Shown: positions 49,955 to 60,097, counted from the stretch's first letter. The stretch is DNA of 64,000 nucleotides from a bacterium (GCA_042566505.1 JBHPKP010000001.1:8483-72482); one strand, 5' to 3'. Made by a program: numbers and translations. Notes: a model not told the origin generated them from the sequence alone.

Positions 49955-51590
49955 GAATTATTTATTATTTTTATAATTTAAAAGTTCTTTTAAGCTAGGA
50001 AGACAGCTTGCATCCCTCCTTATAGAGCCTTCGGCTACTATTCAAGAAAGACTGTTGCTTCCTACTAAGCTAACTGGGAATATTTATTTAGGATGATATG
50101 GGGTTCGGTTGCTACCAAATTACCATTTATTACCCAGGCTATATTGAGTTAGTTCTTGTAGGAATTTCTTCCAAAACTTTTAAAGATCAATTTTAATTTT
50201 AGGAGGCAAAAACTATGTTTTATCTTGGCATTGATATTGCTAAATCTTCCGCTCGCTATGTCTTACTCGACAATGACGGCGAAAAAGCTCACAAAGCTTT
50301 CACTCTCCGAAACTCTAACGATGATTTTGAGAAACTTCTTAGTTTTCTAAAAAAGTTTAATCTTGATCATCAAAATTTATTAATCGGCATCGAAGCTACT
50401 GGCATTTGGTGGGAAAATATTTTTTCCTTTTTAACACAAAACAATTTTAAAATTGTTTTGTTAAATCCTCACCAAACTAAAAAATTCAGAGAAGCTCTCA
50501 GATTAAAAGCTAAAACCGACGACATTGATGCCTTTGTTATCGCAGGTCTATTGCGTTCTAATCAATTTTCTGCAAGCTTTATTCCTGAAGAAAATATTCA
50601 AACTTTAAGAGAAACCACTAAACTTCGTTATCAACTTATGCAAAATTTAAAAAATTATGAGCGACAAGTTTTTAGTTTACTCGGTCTAATTTTTCCTGAA
50701 TATGAAAAATCTCCTCTTAAAAATCCTTTTTCTATTTCAGCAATCTCTATTTTTAAAGCTTTTCCAACTGCCAAACATCTAGCAGATGCTAAACCTAAAC
50801 AAATTGAAAAAATTGTTCGTTCAATAAAAGGCAATACACTTAATATCGATCGTATTCAAGAACTTATTAATATTGCCAAAAAATCTATTTATTCCGGTCG
50901 AGCTAAAATTTCTCGTGGCATGAATTTGAATATTTTGCTTGCTCAAATCCAACAACTTTTCAAATCCATTGCTCAACTCGATTCTGAAATTGATTCAATT
51001 TTATCGCCAAACAATGACGATGATTTAAATTTTCCCGGTGCCAATCTTTTAACGATTCCAGGAGTTGGACCAAAAACCGTTGCAGCTATTTTATCTGCTG
51101 TCGGGATTGATGGAAAAACTTTTAAATCTGTTACACAATTTATTGGCCACATTGGTTTTTATCCACAAATTTATCAATCCGGCGAAACTAAACGTGACAA
51201 CAAAATTTCTAAACAAGGACCCTCTTATTTACGGCATGCTCTTTATATTTCTGCTGTCGCATGTCTAAGACATAATCCTGAATTTAAAAATTTGTACAAC
51301 AAAAAATGTTCGCAAGGTAAAAAACCTAAACAAGCTCTAATTTGTGTCGCTAAAAAAATTGCAGAGCTTTGTTTAAGTATGCTTAAAAGCGGTGAAGTTT
51401 ATCTTCCTCAACGCGTTTTTATGCAAACTTAATTTCTGTACACTTTACTCGTTCTTTGACATGTTTCTATTTTAAAAGAGCAATTTTTTGCTTTACTTCT
51501 TATAGGATGTCTTTGTAACGAGAATTTTTTTATTAAATTTAATTTATTCTAAGGGATAAGTGAGATAAGAGCAAGCAAAAATTCATTTAC
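49955..51590 (+). mobile_element. IS110-family insertion sequence (ends approximate)
   Basis: Single transposase ORF with ~300-bp upstream and ~160-bp downstream non-coding flanks, the usual IS110 layout. No terminal inverted repeats are evident, as expected for the family. Confidence 0.55.
50215..51432 (+). CDS. IS110-family transposase
   Basis: N-terminal DEDD RuvC-like domain (MFYLGIDIAKSS..., IGIEATG, DDIDA) and C-terminal HhH transposase_20-like region. Strong RBS AGGAGG. Confidence 0.85.
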   Translation: MFYLGIDIAKSSARYVLLDNDGEKAHKAFTLRNSNDDFEKLLSFLKKFNLDHQNLLIGIEATGIWWENIFSFLTQNNFKIVLLNPHQTKKFREALRLKAKTDDIDAFVIAGLLRSNQFSASFIPEENIQTLRETTKLRYQLMQNLKNYERQVFSLLGLIFPEYEKSPLKNPFSISAISIFKAFPTAKHLADAKPKQIEKIVRSIKGNTLNIDRIQELINIAKKSIYSGRAKISRGMNLNILLAQIQQLFKSIAQLDSEIDSILSPNNDDDLNFPGANLLTIPGVGPKTVAAILSAVGIDGKTFKSVTQFIGHIGFYPQIYQSGETKRDNKISKQGPSYLRHALYISAVACLRHNPEFKNLYNKKCSQGKKPKQALICVAKKIAELCLSMLKSGEVYLPQRVFMQT

Positions 51591-51593
51591 ATT

Positions 51594-53216
51594 CTACTGA
51601 CGAGAGGATGCTATTGTATTTTTCCCTAGAATTCTCTCAATTCTTACTATCAATTCTTCAGGATAAAAAGGTTTGGTAATATATTCAACTGCACCTTTTT
51701 TAAACCCTTGTACTATATCACCTTCCTGATTCTTGGCAGAAAGTATCAAAACAGGGATATTCATTGTAGATTCTGTTTTTTTTATATTTTTCAAAACCTG
51801 CATGCCGTCTACTTTTGGCATCATCACATCTAGTATTATTAAAGCCGGAGGTGTACTATTAACAACTTCCAAACCCGATTCTCCATCGAAACTGCACATT
51901 ACTTCATAACCTTTTTCTTCAAGTTTAGCTTTGACCAAATTGCAAATATCTTCATCATCATCAATAATAGTAATCATATTTGATTTAGTTCTTTTTTTAG
52001 ATTTTTTATCTTCATACATATTGACATCTGCAATCTCAAAAACACGTTCTTCACTATTAACTTCTTTACTAAACGTTGAGCTGCCAACACTTATTGAAAA
52101 GTTTATTTTTTTGCCAGTCTTATCGATAATTGATAATTCATTTTTATTAATACTTTTTAATTTTTTCTCAACAATTGTCGCATTTTCCTTGTCACATTCC
52201 GAGAGAATTATTACAAATTCATCACCACCAAACCTTGCAATAATATCACTTTGCCTAAGCTCGCTGTTCAAAATTTGCGCAATTTTCTGGATTGCAAGAT
52301 CACCTGCAAAATGTCCAAATGTATCATTTATAACCTTCAAGTTGTCCATATCAACAATAAGGAGTGAATAAACTTTTTCATATCTTTTTGCTATATCATT
52401 GAAAAGTTTTATTTGTTTCTTAAAATAATCTTTATTGTGCAAACCCGTAAGTCCATCTGTCATTGAGATACATTCATACATTTTTTTCTTCTTAAGAATG
52501 GCTTTCACACGCGCCAAAAGCTCTTCTTCCTCGAACGGTTTGGTCATGTAATCGTCAGCACCTAATTCAAGCGCTGCTACTTTATCCTTTACAGCGTCCT
52601 TTGCAGTCAAAAATAATACAGGGATACCTTGAGTCATCTCATCTTGATTCAATTTCGCCTTTAGCTCTATTCCATCCAAACCTGGCATATCAATATCCAA
52701 AATAGCAATATCAGGCACAATTTGCTTGATCATTTCAAATGCGTTCAATCCATCAGAAGCTTCATATACATTGTACCCATCATCTCTTAACAACTGTTCT
52801 AAAACCAATAAAATATCAGGTTCATCATCTGCTATAAGAATCCTACTTTTAACAGGATTTAATTCGCTGCTATTTGAATTCACGAATTTCTCTTTTGTAC
52901 TTTCTGATTTATTATGGTCTATAGATTGCTGTACTTTTACAATGTACTCTATTAATTTTTCATTTAATTTTTCAATTTTTTGTATATCCTTGTCTTGAGC
53001 AGCTTGTTCCATTTCTTGACCGATTCTTGTAATTTCACCTAAACCATACATTCCACCGGAACCACGCATTTTGTGTGCAAGATGCTTAATATTTTCTGTA
53101 TCACCGACTTTTAAATTTTCATTAATTGTATTGCAGTCCTCGTTTCTATGTTTAATATAGGCTGCAATAAATTTTTCAAGTTTTGGATTGATATGTATTG
53201 TTCCTGACTGACTCAT
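51594..53216 (-). CDS. Hpt-REC-GGDEF-REC diguanylate cyclase / phosphorelay protein
   Basis: N-terminal Hpt (HKMRGSGGMYG), first receiver (ILIADDEPD...ILDIDMPGLDG), GGDEF with I-site RQSD and active site RFGGDEF, second receiver (IIDDDEDI...ILDVMMPKVDG...TKPF). Confidence 0.8.
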   Translation of the reverse strand: MSQSGTIHINPKLEKFIAAYIKHRNEDCNTINENLKVGDTENIKHLAHKMRGSGGMYGLGEITRIGQEMEQAAQDKDIQKIEKLNEKLIEYIVKVQQSIDHNKSESTKEKFVNSNSSELNPVKSRILIADDEPDILLVLEQLLRDDGYNVYEASDGLNAFEMIKQIVPDIAILDIDMPGLDGIELKAKLNQDEMTQGIPVLFLTAKDAVKDKVAALELGADDYMTKPFEEEELLARVKAILKKKKMYECISMTDGLTGLHNKDYFKKQIKLFNDIAKRYEKVYSLLIVDMDNLKVINDTFGHFAGDLAIQKIAQILNSELRQSDIIARFGGDEFVIILSECDKENATIVEKKLKSINKNELSIIDKTGKKINFSISVGSSTFSKEVNSEERVFEIADVNMYEDKKSKKRTKSNMITIIDDDEDICNLVKAKLEEKGYEVMCSFDGESGLEVVNSTPPALIILDVMMPKVDGMQVLKNIKKTESTMNIPVLILSAKNQEGDIVQGFKKGAVEYITKPFYPEELIVRIERILGKNTIASSRQ

Positions 53217-53228
53217 ATTTTTAATCCT

Positions 53229-53600
53229 TTAAGATTGCGTATATTTTTGTGCCATTCCCAACAAACCATCCTCTTCAAATGGTTTTGTTAAGAATGCATT
53301 CCCACCAGCTTCTGCAACCTTTGTTTCAATATTATCCACACTTGCACTAACAATTACAACCGGAATGTGTTTTAAATCATCATCGGTTTTTATAGCTGCA
53401 CACACTTCATCACCTGTCATTATTGGTATCTGTATATCAAGAAATACCATGTCCGGTTTTTCACTTCTAACTTTTTCCATAGCTATTTGTCCGTTTTCAG
53501 CATGAATCACTTCATAGCCCGCATCTTCGAGCCAATAGATCGCAACATTCGCAATATCCGGTTCATCCTCAACCAATAATATTCTTTTCCTTTCACTCAT
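53229..53600 (-). CDS. single-domain response regulator (CheY-like)
   Basis: LLVEDEPDIA...VFLDIQIPIMTGDE...TKPF, 123 aa. Confidence 0.85.
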   Translation of the reverse strand: MSERKRILLVEDEPDIANVAIYWLEDAGYEVIHAENGQIAMEKVRSEKPDMVFLDIQIPIMTGDEVCAAIKTDDDLKHIPVVIVSASVDNIETKVAEAGGNAFLTKPFEEDGLLGMAQKYTQS

Positions 53601-53626
53601 CTTACATCCTCCTTAAACTGGATTAA

Positions 53627-55159
53627 TTAATTACAAGTTTGCAATGGCAGTGTAAAAATAAATTTGCTTCCTTTTCCAAGTACAGATTCTGCCCATATTT
53701 TCCCCTCATGCCCAGCAACTATTTCTCTACATATTGCAAGTCCCAAACCGCTGCTGCCGGGTTTTCTATAGTTCCCGTCAACAATCTGCTGATATTCAGC
53801 AAAGATTTTGTCCAAATCTTCATCTTTCATACCCGGACCAGTATCTTCAACGAATACTTTTAAAGCATTTGCTTCTTTAACTGTTCCGACTGTTATACCA
53901 CCAACTTCAGTAAACTTTTGCGCATTATTCATAAGATTAATTAATACTTGTGTAATCTTGTCAGCATCACAATTAATATCAGAAATATTTTCCTGTAAAT
54001 CTGTTTTTAAATAAAGTCCTTTAGAGTTCACAGCTACTTCCTGCATTGAAACAGCTTTTTCAATTATTGGATTTATACTTTGCTTTCTATGAAAATACTC
54101 CATGTTCCCGGATTCAAGTTTACTAAAATCAAGTACTTCATTTATCAATCTATGTAATCTTTCAACATTATTTTGGGCAACAACCAAAAAATTCCGCATT
54201 TTTTCATCCAATTCCAACCCTGCTTTTTTTATCACAATATTAAGATTTCCTTTTATGGAAGTGAGTGGTGTTCTAAGTTCATGAGAAACCATAGAAGTGA
54301 ATTTGGATTTAGCATCCATTGCATCACGCAGTTTTTCCTCAACGATTTTTCGTTCTTTAACTTCAGTATGGAGTTGTGTAATTGAGGTTGTTGAATTTTG
54401 TATGTATCTAACCATCTTGTCGAATGACCTGGAAAGCTGACCAATTTCATCCTTTGCCTTTGTTCCCACTCTGTGCGCAAAATCACCTTTTTCAACTATT
54501 TCTGTTCCTTCATGGAGAGCACGTAGTGGTCGTGTAATTGATCGTGCAATGAAAAGCGATATAAAAATTGCTAATAGAATGGACATAAATGATGCTATAT
54601 TTGCAGTGTTACTTCCCAGTTTACTCATATATGCAATTTTTCTCATGTCTGTATTTATTTGGCTTATATGCTCTGCTTTATCATACTCTAGTTCTTCCAA
54701 CAAAATTGCAAGTGGCTCATGCAGCGTTTGCTTTGCTTCTTGCACTAATTTATCTAAGGAAATACCCCTTTTTTTCATATCAACTATTGTGCCAATTGCA
54801 AGTTCAAATTCCTGCACTTTTCTTTGAACGCTTTGCGCACGAAACTTCTCAATATTCGTCGCATTAACTGCACTTTTGACATGCTCATATGACCTTGCAT
54901 TTAATTGCTGCAGACTAGCCATTAATTCTTTTTCGGTTACGGCATCTCCATCCAGCATATACTCTTTTGTCAAATGAGCTGTTTTATTCGCAGTCCTAGC
55001 CATTTCAACAACTGAAATCCCTTCCGGAATTATTTCTTGCTGCAACTCTACAAACACATTGTTCATCTCTCCAATTTTTAAGTTGATATAATAAAGCGAT
55101 GCAATTGTTACAAGAATTACAAGCACAAATCCTGCATTTAATCTCGTTCTTACTTTCAC
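53627..55159 (-). CDS. sensor histidine kinase (two TM segments, HAMP, HisKA, HATPase_c)
   Basis: H-box SHELRTPL, N/G1/G2 boxes (NLMNNAQKF, EDTGPGM, GLGLAICREIV). ~150-aa extracytoplasmic loop between the TM helices. Confidence 0.85.
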   Translation of the reverse strand: MKVRTRLNAGFVLVILVTIASLYYINLKIGEMNNVFVELQQEIIPEGISVVEMARTANKTAHLTKEYMLDGDAVTEKELMASLQQLNARSYEHVKSAVNATNIEKFRAQSVQRKVQEFELAIGTIVDMKKRGISLDKLVQEAKQTLHEPLAILLEELEYDKAEHISQINTDMRKIAYMSKLGSNTANIASFMSILLAIFISLFIARSITRPLRALHEGTEIVEKGDFAHRVGTKAKDEIGQLSRSFDKMVRYIQNSTTSITQLHTEVKERKIVEEKLRDAMDAKSKFTSMVSHELRTPLTSIKGNLNIVIKKAGLELDEKMRNFLVVAQNNVERLHRLINEVLDFSKLESGNMEYFHRKQSINPIIEKAVSMQEVAVNSKGLYLKTDLQENISDINCDADKITQVLINLMNNAQKFTEVGGITVGTVKEANALKVFVEDTGPGMKDEDLDKIFAEYQQIVDGNYRKPGSSGLGLAICREIVAGHEGKIWAESVLGKGSKFIFTLPLQTCN

Positions 55160-55363
55160 CGTGCCTCCTAATTAATATAAAAATTAATTACTTTATTTTT
55201 ATATATTTCGCACGATTATTGCAAGTAATTAAGTAAAAAAGGAAGAATTGGAAAGGAAAGGAAAAACTATACAAACACCACAAACAAAAAAATTAATTGT
55301 CACATAAAACTAAAAAGATATTCAATTTTTAATCTTTATCCCCTTAATTTTTAATTAAATAAA

Positions 55364-55754
55364 TGGTGGAGGTGGCGGGAATTGAACCCGCGTCCAGAAA
55401 TACGTCAGCAGCAACATCTACAAGCTTAGCTAAAATGTTTATCTCACTGCCAGTCCCACATTTAGCAAAGGAACATCTGACAGCCAGCCGAAAATGTCCA
55501 TTTTATGTCCGGCACATAAAATGTAAGTCCTCTGCTTTAGACCTTATTCCCATCCGAAGACAAAACGGAAAGGGCCCGCTGCTTAAATTAAGCAGCTATT
55601 GCCATAGGCATTACCATTGTTGGCGCAACCTGCGGCATTACGTTGAATACTTTGTTTTCAGCGTTTACTGTTTTAGGCGATTTTTAACGAGTTTATCGAC
55701 TAACCTCGACCTGCATTACTACCTCTATTATCCCTGTCGAAACCGATCACCCCC
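55364..55754 (-). ncRNA. ssrA: tmRNA (ssrA)
   Basis: Minus strand 5' end GGGGGTGATCGGTTTCGACAGGG and 3' end GCGGGTTCAATTCCCGCCACCTCCACCA (tRNA-like domain, CCA encoded). Internal tag reading frame ends ...MAIAA-TAA. smpB lies immediately downstream. Confidence 0.8.
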
Positions 55755-55794
55755 ATAAGATTGTGATCTGTGTACAGTTCTTTTCAAATAACAA

Positions 55795-56262
55795 TTATGC
55801 TTTAAAACCTTTAATGTTTTTCATTTCACGTTCAAGGTCTCGTTTTTTTATTGTTTCACGTTTATCGTACAGTTTTTTTCCTTTTACCAATGCAATCTTC
55901 ATTTTCGCATATCCGCGTTTATTGAAGAAAATCTCAAGCGGAACAACAGATAATCCTTTTTCTTTTACCTTGCCCATGAGCTTTGAAATCTCACGTTTAT
56001 GCAAAAGAATCTTTCGAGTCCGCTCAGGCTCGTAATCATCATCTCTTGTTGCATGTGAGTATCTGCTTATATGCATCTTCACTATGAACGCTTCTTCATT
56101 CTTGAAACGTACATAACTGTCCTTTAAGTTTGCCTTACCTGCTCTAAGTGATTTCACTTCCTGTCCAATAAGTTGTATGCCAGCTTCGAAATCTTCAACT
56201 ATAAAATAATCATGATATGCTTTTCTATTTGATGCAACTGCTTTCATTATATTATACCACAC
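55795..56262 (-). CDS. smpB: SsrA-binding protein SmpB
   Basis: 155 aa, conserved SmpB sequence (NRKAYHDY...KMHISRYSH... C-terminal basic tail). Confidence 0.9.
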   Translation of the reverse strand: MWYNIMKAVASNRKAYHDYFIVEDFEAGIQLIGQEVKSLRAGKANLKDSYVRFKNEEAFIVKMHISRYSHATRDDDYEPERTRKILLHKREISKLMGKVKEKGLSVVPLEIFFNKRGYAKMKIALVKGKKLYDKRETIKKRDLEREMKNIKGFKA

Positions 56263-56295
56263 TTTTAGTAGCTTTACTATGTCATGCTTTAGTTA

Positions 56296-57366
56296 TTATT
56301 TTGCCACATTTTTTAATTTTTGTTTATAATCATCATGTAAAAGCTCGTCAATTAATTTATCAATATCACCATCCAAAAAGCCATTCAAATTATGCTGTGT
56401 ATATGCAATCCTGTGGTCAGTCACTCGATCCTGTGGGAAATTGTATGTACGAATTTTTTCACTACGGTCACCCGTACCCACCTGCTGCTTTCTGTCAGAC
56501 GCTATTAAACTGCTCTGCTCATCTTGAATTTTCTGCATGAGCCTTGAACGCAAAATCTTCATTGCCTTATGTTTGTTCTTTAGCTGAGAACGTTCATCTT
56601 GGCACGAAACTACAAAACCGGTTGGCAAGTGTGTAATTCGTACAGCAGAATGAGTCGTATTCACACTTTGTCCACCTTTTCCGGAAGAGCAAAATGTATC
56701 GATCCGAATATCCTCACTTTTGATTTCCACATCAACATCGTCAGCTTCCGGAAGTACTGCAACTGTTATGGCAGATGTATGAACCCTGCCGCTTGATTCA
56801 GTTGTTGGCACTCTTTGAACTCTATGTCCACCACTTTCAAACCTCAAACGATTATAAACCTGCTCCCCATTAATCTGAAATATCACTTCCTTGAAACCGC
56901 CAAGTTCAGTTGCATTTGCATCAATCACCTCAAGCTTCCAACCCTTCCGTTCTGTATATCGCGTATACATTCTGAAAAGATCGCCTGCAAAAAGCGCAGC
57001 CTCTTCACCACCTGTGCCTGCTCGAATCTCAATGATCGTATTTTTGTCAGCAAAAGGATGCTTTGGAACAAGCATCATCTTCAAAACTTCTCCACATTTT
57101 TCTTTTTTCCGAGAAAACTCATCAAGTTCCTCTTGCGCCATTTCCCTAAGCGATTCATCTTTTTCATTTTCAGCCATATGTTTCAAATCTTCTATCTGTT
57201 TTAGAATATCTTTATATTCTTTGTATTTATTAACCTTTTCGGAACATTCAGAATGTTCTTTTGTATATTCTTTGAATCTTTTCATATCCTTTATAATTTC
57301 AGGATCTGAAATCAATTTTTCTAATTCTTTTAATCTATTCTCGAACAATTCAAATTTCTTAAACAT
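56296..57366 (-). CDS. prfA: peptide chain release factor 1
   Basis: GGQ motif (SSGKGGQSVNTT) and RF1-type tripeptide region RVQRVPTTESSGRVHTS. Confidence 0.9.
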   Translation of the reverse strand: MFKKFELFENRLKELEKLISDPEIIKDMKRFKEYTKEHSECSEKVNKYKEYKDILKQIEDLKHMAENEKDESLREMAQEELDEFSRKKEKCGEVLKMMLVPKHPFADKNTIIEIRAGTGGEEAALFAGDLFRMYTRYTERKGWKLEVIDANATELGGFKEVIFQINGEQVYNRLRFESGGHRVQRVPTTESSGRVHTSAITVAVLPEADDVDVEIKSEDIRIDTFCSSGKGGQSVNTTHSAVRITHLPTGFVVSCQDERSQLKNKHKAMKILRSRLMQKIQDEQSSLIASDRKQQVGTGDRSEKIRTYNFPQDRVTDHRIAYTQHNLNGFLDGDIDKLIDELLHDDYKQKLKNVAK

Positions 57367-58300
57367 TTACAGGTTCCTCGTTTGTTTCAGATGCTTCTGC
57401 AATCACAACTGCATTCAGCGCGTTTATTGCAACTTCTATTTGCTCATTGTCCGGCTCTTTTGTTGTAAGTTTTTGCAAAAACAATCCCGGCCAAAGTAAT
57501 ATTTTTGCCCACTTTTTATGGTGATGTTTACCCAAAAACCTTATCACTTCATAGGACAAACTCGCAACAAGCGGCAAAACCACAAGCCTAACAAGAAATT
57601 TATGCAAAAACGTATCAAATTTAAAAACCGAAATAACAAATATGCTCAGCACAATAACAACCAGCATAAAGTTTGTACCGCATCTAGGATGCAGAGTTCC
57701 ATATTTCTTAACATTTTCAACATTAAGCTCAAGTCCATTTTCATATGCAAAAACTGATTTATGTTCAGCACCATGATACTGAAATACTCTTTGAATATCT
57801 TTTAGAAATGAAATCGCAACAACATATATCAAGAAAACCAAGAGCCTCATGATACCGTCAATAGCATTGTAAACAATATAATGTGAACTCTGCTGCCAAA
57901 AACCTTTTATTATATTTGCTAAAAATAACGGCAATGCAACAAATAATGCAATCCCGAATGCAAAAGAAGTAATAATCGTAAGCGTAAGCTCCCAATTAAT
58001 TTTTCCCTCTTTTTTTGGTTTAACCTCTTTCTTTTCATCCTCTTCATAATCTTTCATGTATTCGTCTGCTGAAAAAGATAATGTTTTTACACCCAAAACA
58101 ATTGTCTCAAAAAGTGCAATAATCCCCCGAATAAATGCCTTATCCAAAAACTTTTTTTTCTGAGTAATGCTCTTAAATGGTTCAAGTTTTGTAATTATTG
58201 TTCCATCTTTTTTTCGCAAAGCTATTGAATAATACTTTGGGGAACGCATCATCACCCCTTCTATAACTGCCTGACCACCGATATTAAGTTTCTTTGACAT
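57359..58300 (-). CDS. DUF1385 family protein
   Basis: N-terminal IGGQAVIEGVMMRSP signature of DUF1385, membrane-anchored middle region. Overlaps prfA start by 8 nt. Confidence 0.7.
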   Translation of the reverse strand: MSKKLNIGGQAVIEGVMMRSPKYYSIALRKKDGTIITKLEPFKSITQKKKFLDKAFIRGIIALFETIVLGVKTLSFSADEYMKDYEEDEKKEVKPKKEGKINWELTLTIITSFAFGIALFVALPLFLANIIKGFWQQSSHYIVYNAIDGIMRLLVFLIYVVAISFLKDIQRVFQYHGAEHKSVFAYENGLELNVENVKKYGTLHPRCGTNFMLVVIVLSIFVISVFKFDTFLHKFLVRLVVLPLVASLSYEVIRFLGKHHHKKWAKILLWPGLFLQKLTTKEPDNEQIEVAINALNAVVIAEASETNEEPVNV

Positions 58301-58422
58301 ATTTTCACCTCATCTCTCTTTTACCACTACAAAATCTAAATACCTCAACTAGTTCCCCCCTCTCACAAGTTTGGGAGAAGGACGAGGTACGGGTAAGGTA
58401 AATGAACCCACCTCATAAAGAT

Positions 58423-58460
58423 AAAAAAAAATGGCAGCCCCTTTTATGTGGAACTGCCAT
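58423..58460 (-). terminator. intrinsic terminator of rpmE
   Basis: Minus strand: ATGGCAG-TTCCACATAAAAGGGG-CTGCCAT followed by TTTTTTTT, 22 bp after the rpmE stop. Confidence 0.7.
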
Positions 58461-58481
58461 AGGAAATTTAAACATTTATAG

Positions 58482-58778
58482 CTATTCAGCTTTTTTCTTT
58501 TTTGCAGGTGCTTTCTTTTTTGTTGTTCTTGCAAGCTTTCTAGCTGTTTGTTTTGTAACCTTTCTAACTGTTTTACCTTCGGTCTTTTTGTATTTCTTTG
58601 CAAATCTATCAACTCGACCGGCTGTATCAATAAGTTTCTGAGTTCCTGTATAAAATGGATGGCATGCTGAACAAATTTCTACTCTCACATTCTCTTGTGT
58701 AGACATAATCTTGAACACCTTGCCGCATGCACATGTAGCAGTTGTCTCAATATATTTTGGATGTATTTCTTTTTTCAT
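58482..58778 (-). CDS. rpmE: 50S ribosomal protein L31 (zinc-ribbon type) with Lys/Ala-rich C-terminal extension
   Basis: [22 protein letters not shown]...[10 protein letters not shown] core (~66 aa) followed by a ~30-aa [35 protein letters not shown] tail. Confidence 0.85.
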   Translation of the reverse strand: MKKEIHPKYIETTATCACGKVFKIMSTQENVRVEICSACHPFYTGTQKLIDTAGRVDRFAKKYKKTEGKTVRKVTKQTARKLARTTKKKAPAKKKKAE

Positions 58779-58860
58779 TATCTTACTCCTGAAAATTTAG
58801 AATTTTAAAAAGTATTATACTATTTTGAATTTAGGATTGTCAATTGTAATATTAGGATTT

Positions 58861-59106
58861 TTATTTAGGGGCAGGTAAATCTTGCAGAACCACTTGATCA
58901 TCGAGCTGAGGCTCACCAAATGGATACCCGGGCTTTGCCGTTCTACATTGGAATTTACTTTTATCAAGTTTGCTATGTTTTAATACAAGAGGTTTTTCTG
59001 TTTTTGTTTGTGTCATTATACTACTGTCTTTGCAGGCATATACAGATAAAAAAATAAAAAGACTGAAAAGAATTTTGAGCATATTTTTATTATTTAACAT
59101 ATACAA
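58861..59106 (-). CDS. small putative lipoprotein, unknown function
   Basis: 81 aa, signal peptide ending in a Cys (FLSVYAC) lipobox-like motif. No recognisable domain. Confidence 0.35.
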   Translation of the reverse strand: MYMLNNKNMLKILFSLFIFLSVYACKDSSIMTQTKTEKPLVLKHSKLDKSKFQCRTAKPGYPFGEPQLDDQVVLQDLPAPK

Positions 59107-59123
59107 TCACTTTTCGTCAGTCT

Positions 59124-60083
59124 CTACAGACAGACATCCTTAGATAGGTAATTTTTGACATAGTCAGCTACTGCATTTTCCAGAGTAAATAAATCCCCTG
59201 TGCACTCAGCTTCTTGAATTTTCGAAGTGTCAGCTTTTGTATGATATTGGTACTTTTCTTTGAGATAATCCGGCATGTCAACATATTCAATCTTTGGTTT
59301 CATGTCCATTGCCTTGAATATGCATTCAGCAAGCTTATTCCATGTATTGGCTCTCCCACTACCAATATTAAAAATCCCCGATACATTTTTTTTACTCATA
59401 AAAGATACAGTCATTTTTACAGCATCTTTTACATACAAGAAATCACGCATTTGTTCACCGTATTTATATTCACTTTTGTATGATTTGAAAAGTTTCAGTT
59501 TCCCGGTTTCTTTTATCTGACAATAAGCTTTATTAACGAGACTTCGCATATCACCCTTATGATATTCATTCGGACCATACACATTAAAATATTTTAAGCC
59601 CACGATTTTATCCAAATATCCTTTTTTTTGCGCCCACAAATCAAACAAATGTTTTGAATAGCCATACATATTTAAAGGTTTCAGATTGTCGATAGAGCTA
59701 TCTGAATACCCCAAACTTCCATCGCCATATGTTGCAGCGCTTGAAGCATAAATAAATCTGATGTTGTTTTTGACCGAGTATTCTGCAAGTTTCTTTGTGT
59801 ATTCAAAATTATTTTCAATCAGATATGTTGCATCATATTCCTGGGTATTTGAACATGCACCCATATGGAAAATTGTATCTATCTTTTTAAAATCACCCTT
59901 TAAGAGTTTCTCGAGAAATTCGCCTTTTTCATAGTAATCTGCAAATTTTCGATTTACTAAATTCTTCCATTTCTCGGAATCTCCAAGATGATCAACAACA
60001 ATAATATCATCAATACCTCTATTATTTAGTTCCCAAACTATTGCACTACCTATTAAACCAGCGCCACCTGTAACAACTATCAT
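59124..60083 (-). CDS. hldD: ADP-L-glycero-D-manno-heptose 6-epimerase
   Basis: N-terminal MIVVTGGAGLIGSAIVWELNNRGIDDIIVVD Rossmann motif and overall SDR-extended pattern matching HldD/RfaD. Size 319 aa. Confidence 0.8.
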   Translation of the reverse strand: MIVVTGGAGLIGSAIVWELNNRGIDDIIVVDHLGDSEKWKNLVNRKFADYYEKGEFLEKLLKGDFKKIDTIFHMGACSNTQEYDATYLIENNFEYTKKLAEYSVKNNIRFIYASSAATYGDGSLGYSDSSIDNLKPLNMYGYSKHLFDLWAQKKGYLDKIVGLKYFNVYGPNEYHKGDMRSLVNKAYCQIKETGKLKLFKSYKSEYKYGEQMRDFLYVKDAVKMTVSFMSKKNVSGIFNIGSGRANTWNKLAECIFKAMDMKPKIEYVDMPDYLKEKYQYHTKADTSKIQEAECTGDLFTLENAVADYVKNYLSKDVCL

Positions 60084-60097
60084 ATTATCTCCAATTA

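Noticed and set aside
55363-55758. 131-aa plus-strand ORF
   Set aside because: Coincides exactly with the tmRNA gene on the opposite strand. The tRNA-like ends and tag region explain the sequence better than a protein.
58349-58630. 93-aa minus-strand ORF overlapping rpmE
   Set aside because: Out-of-frame overlap with the well-supported L31 gene and its terminator. No independent start signals.
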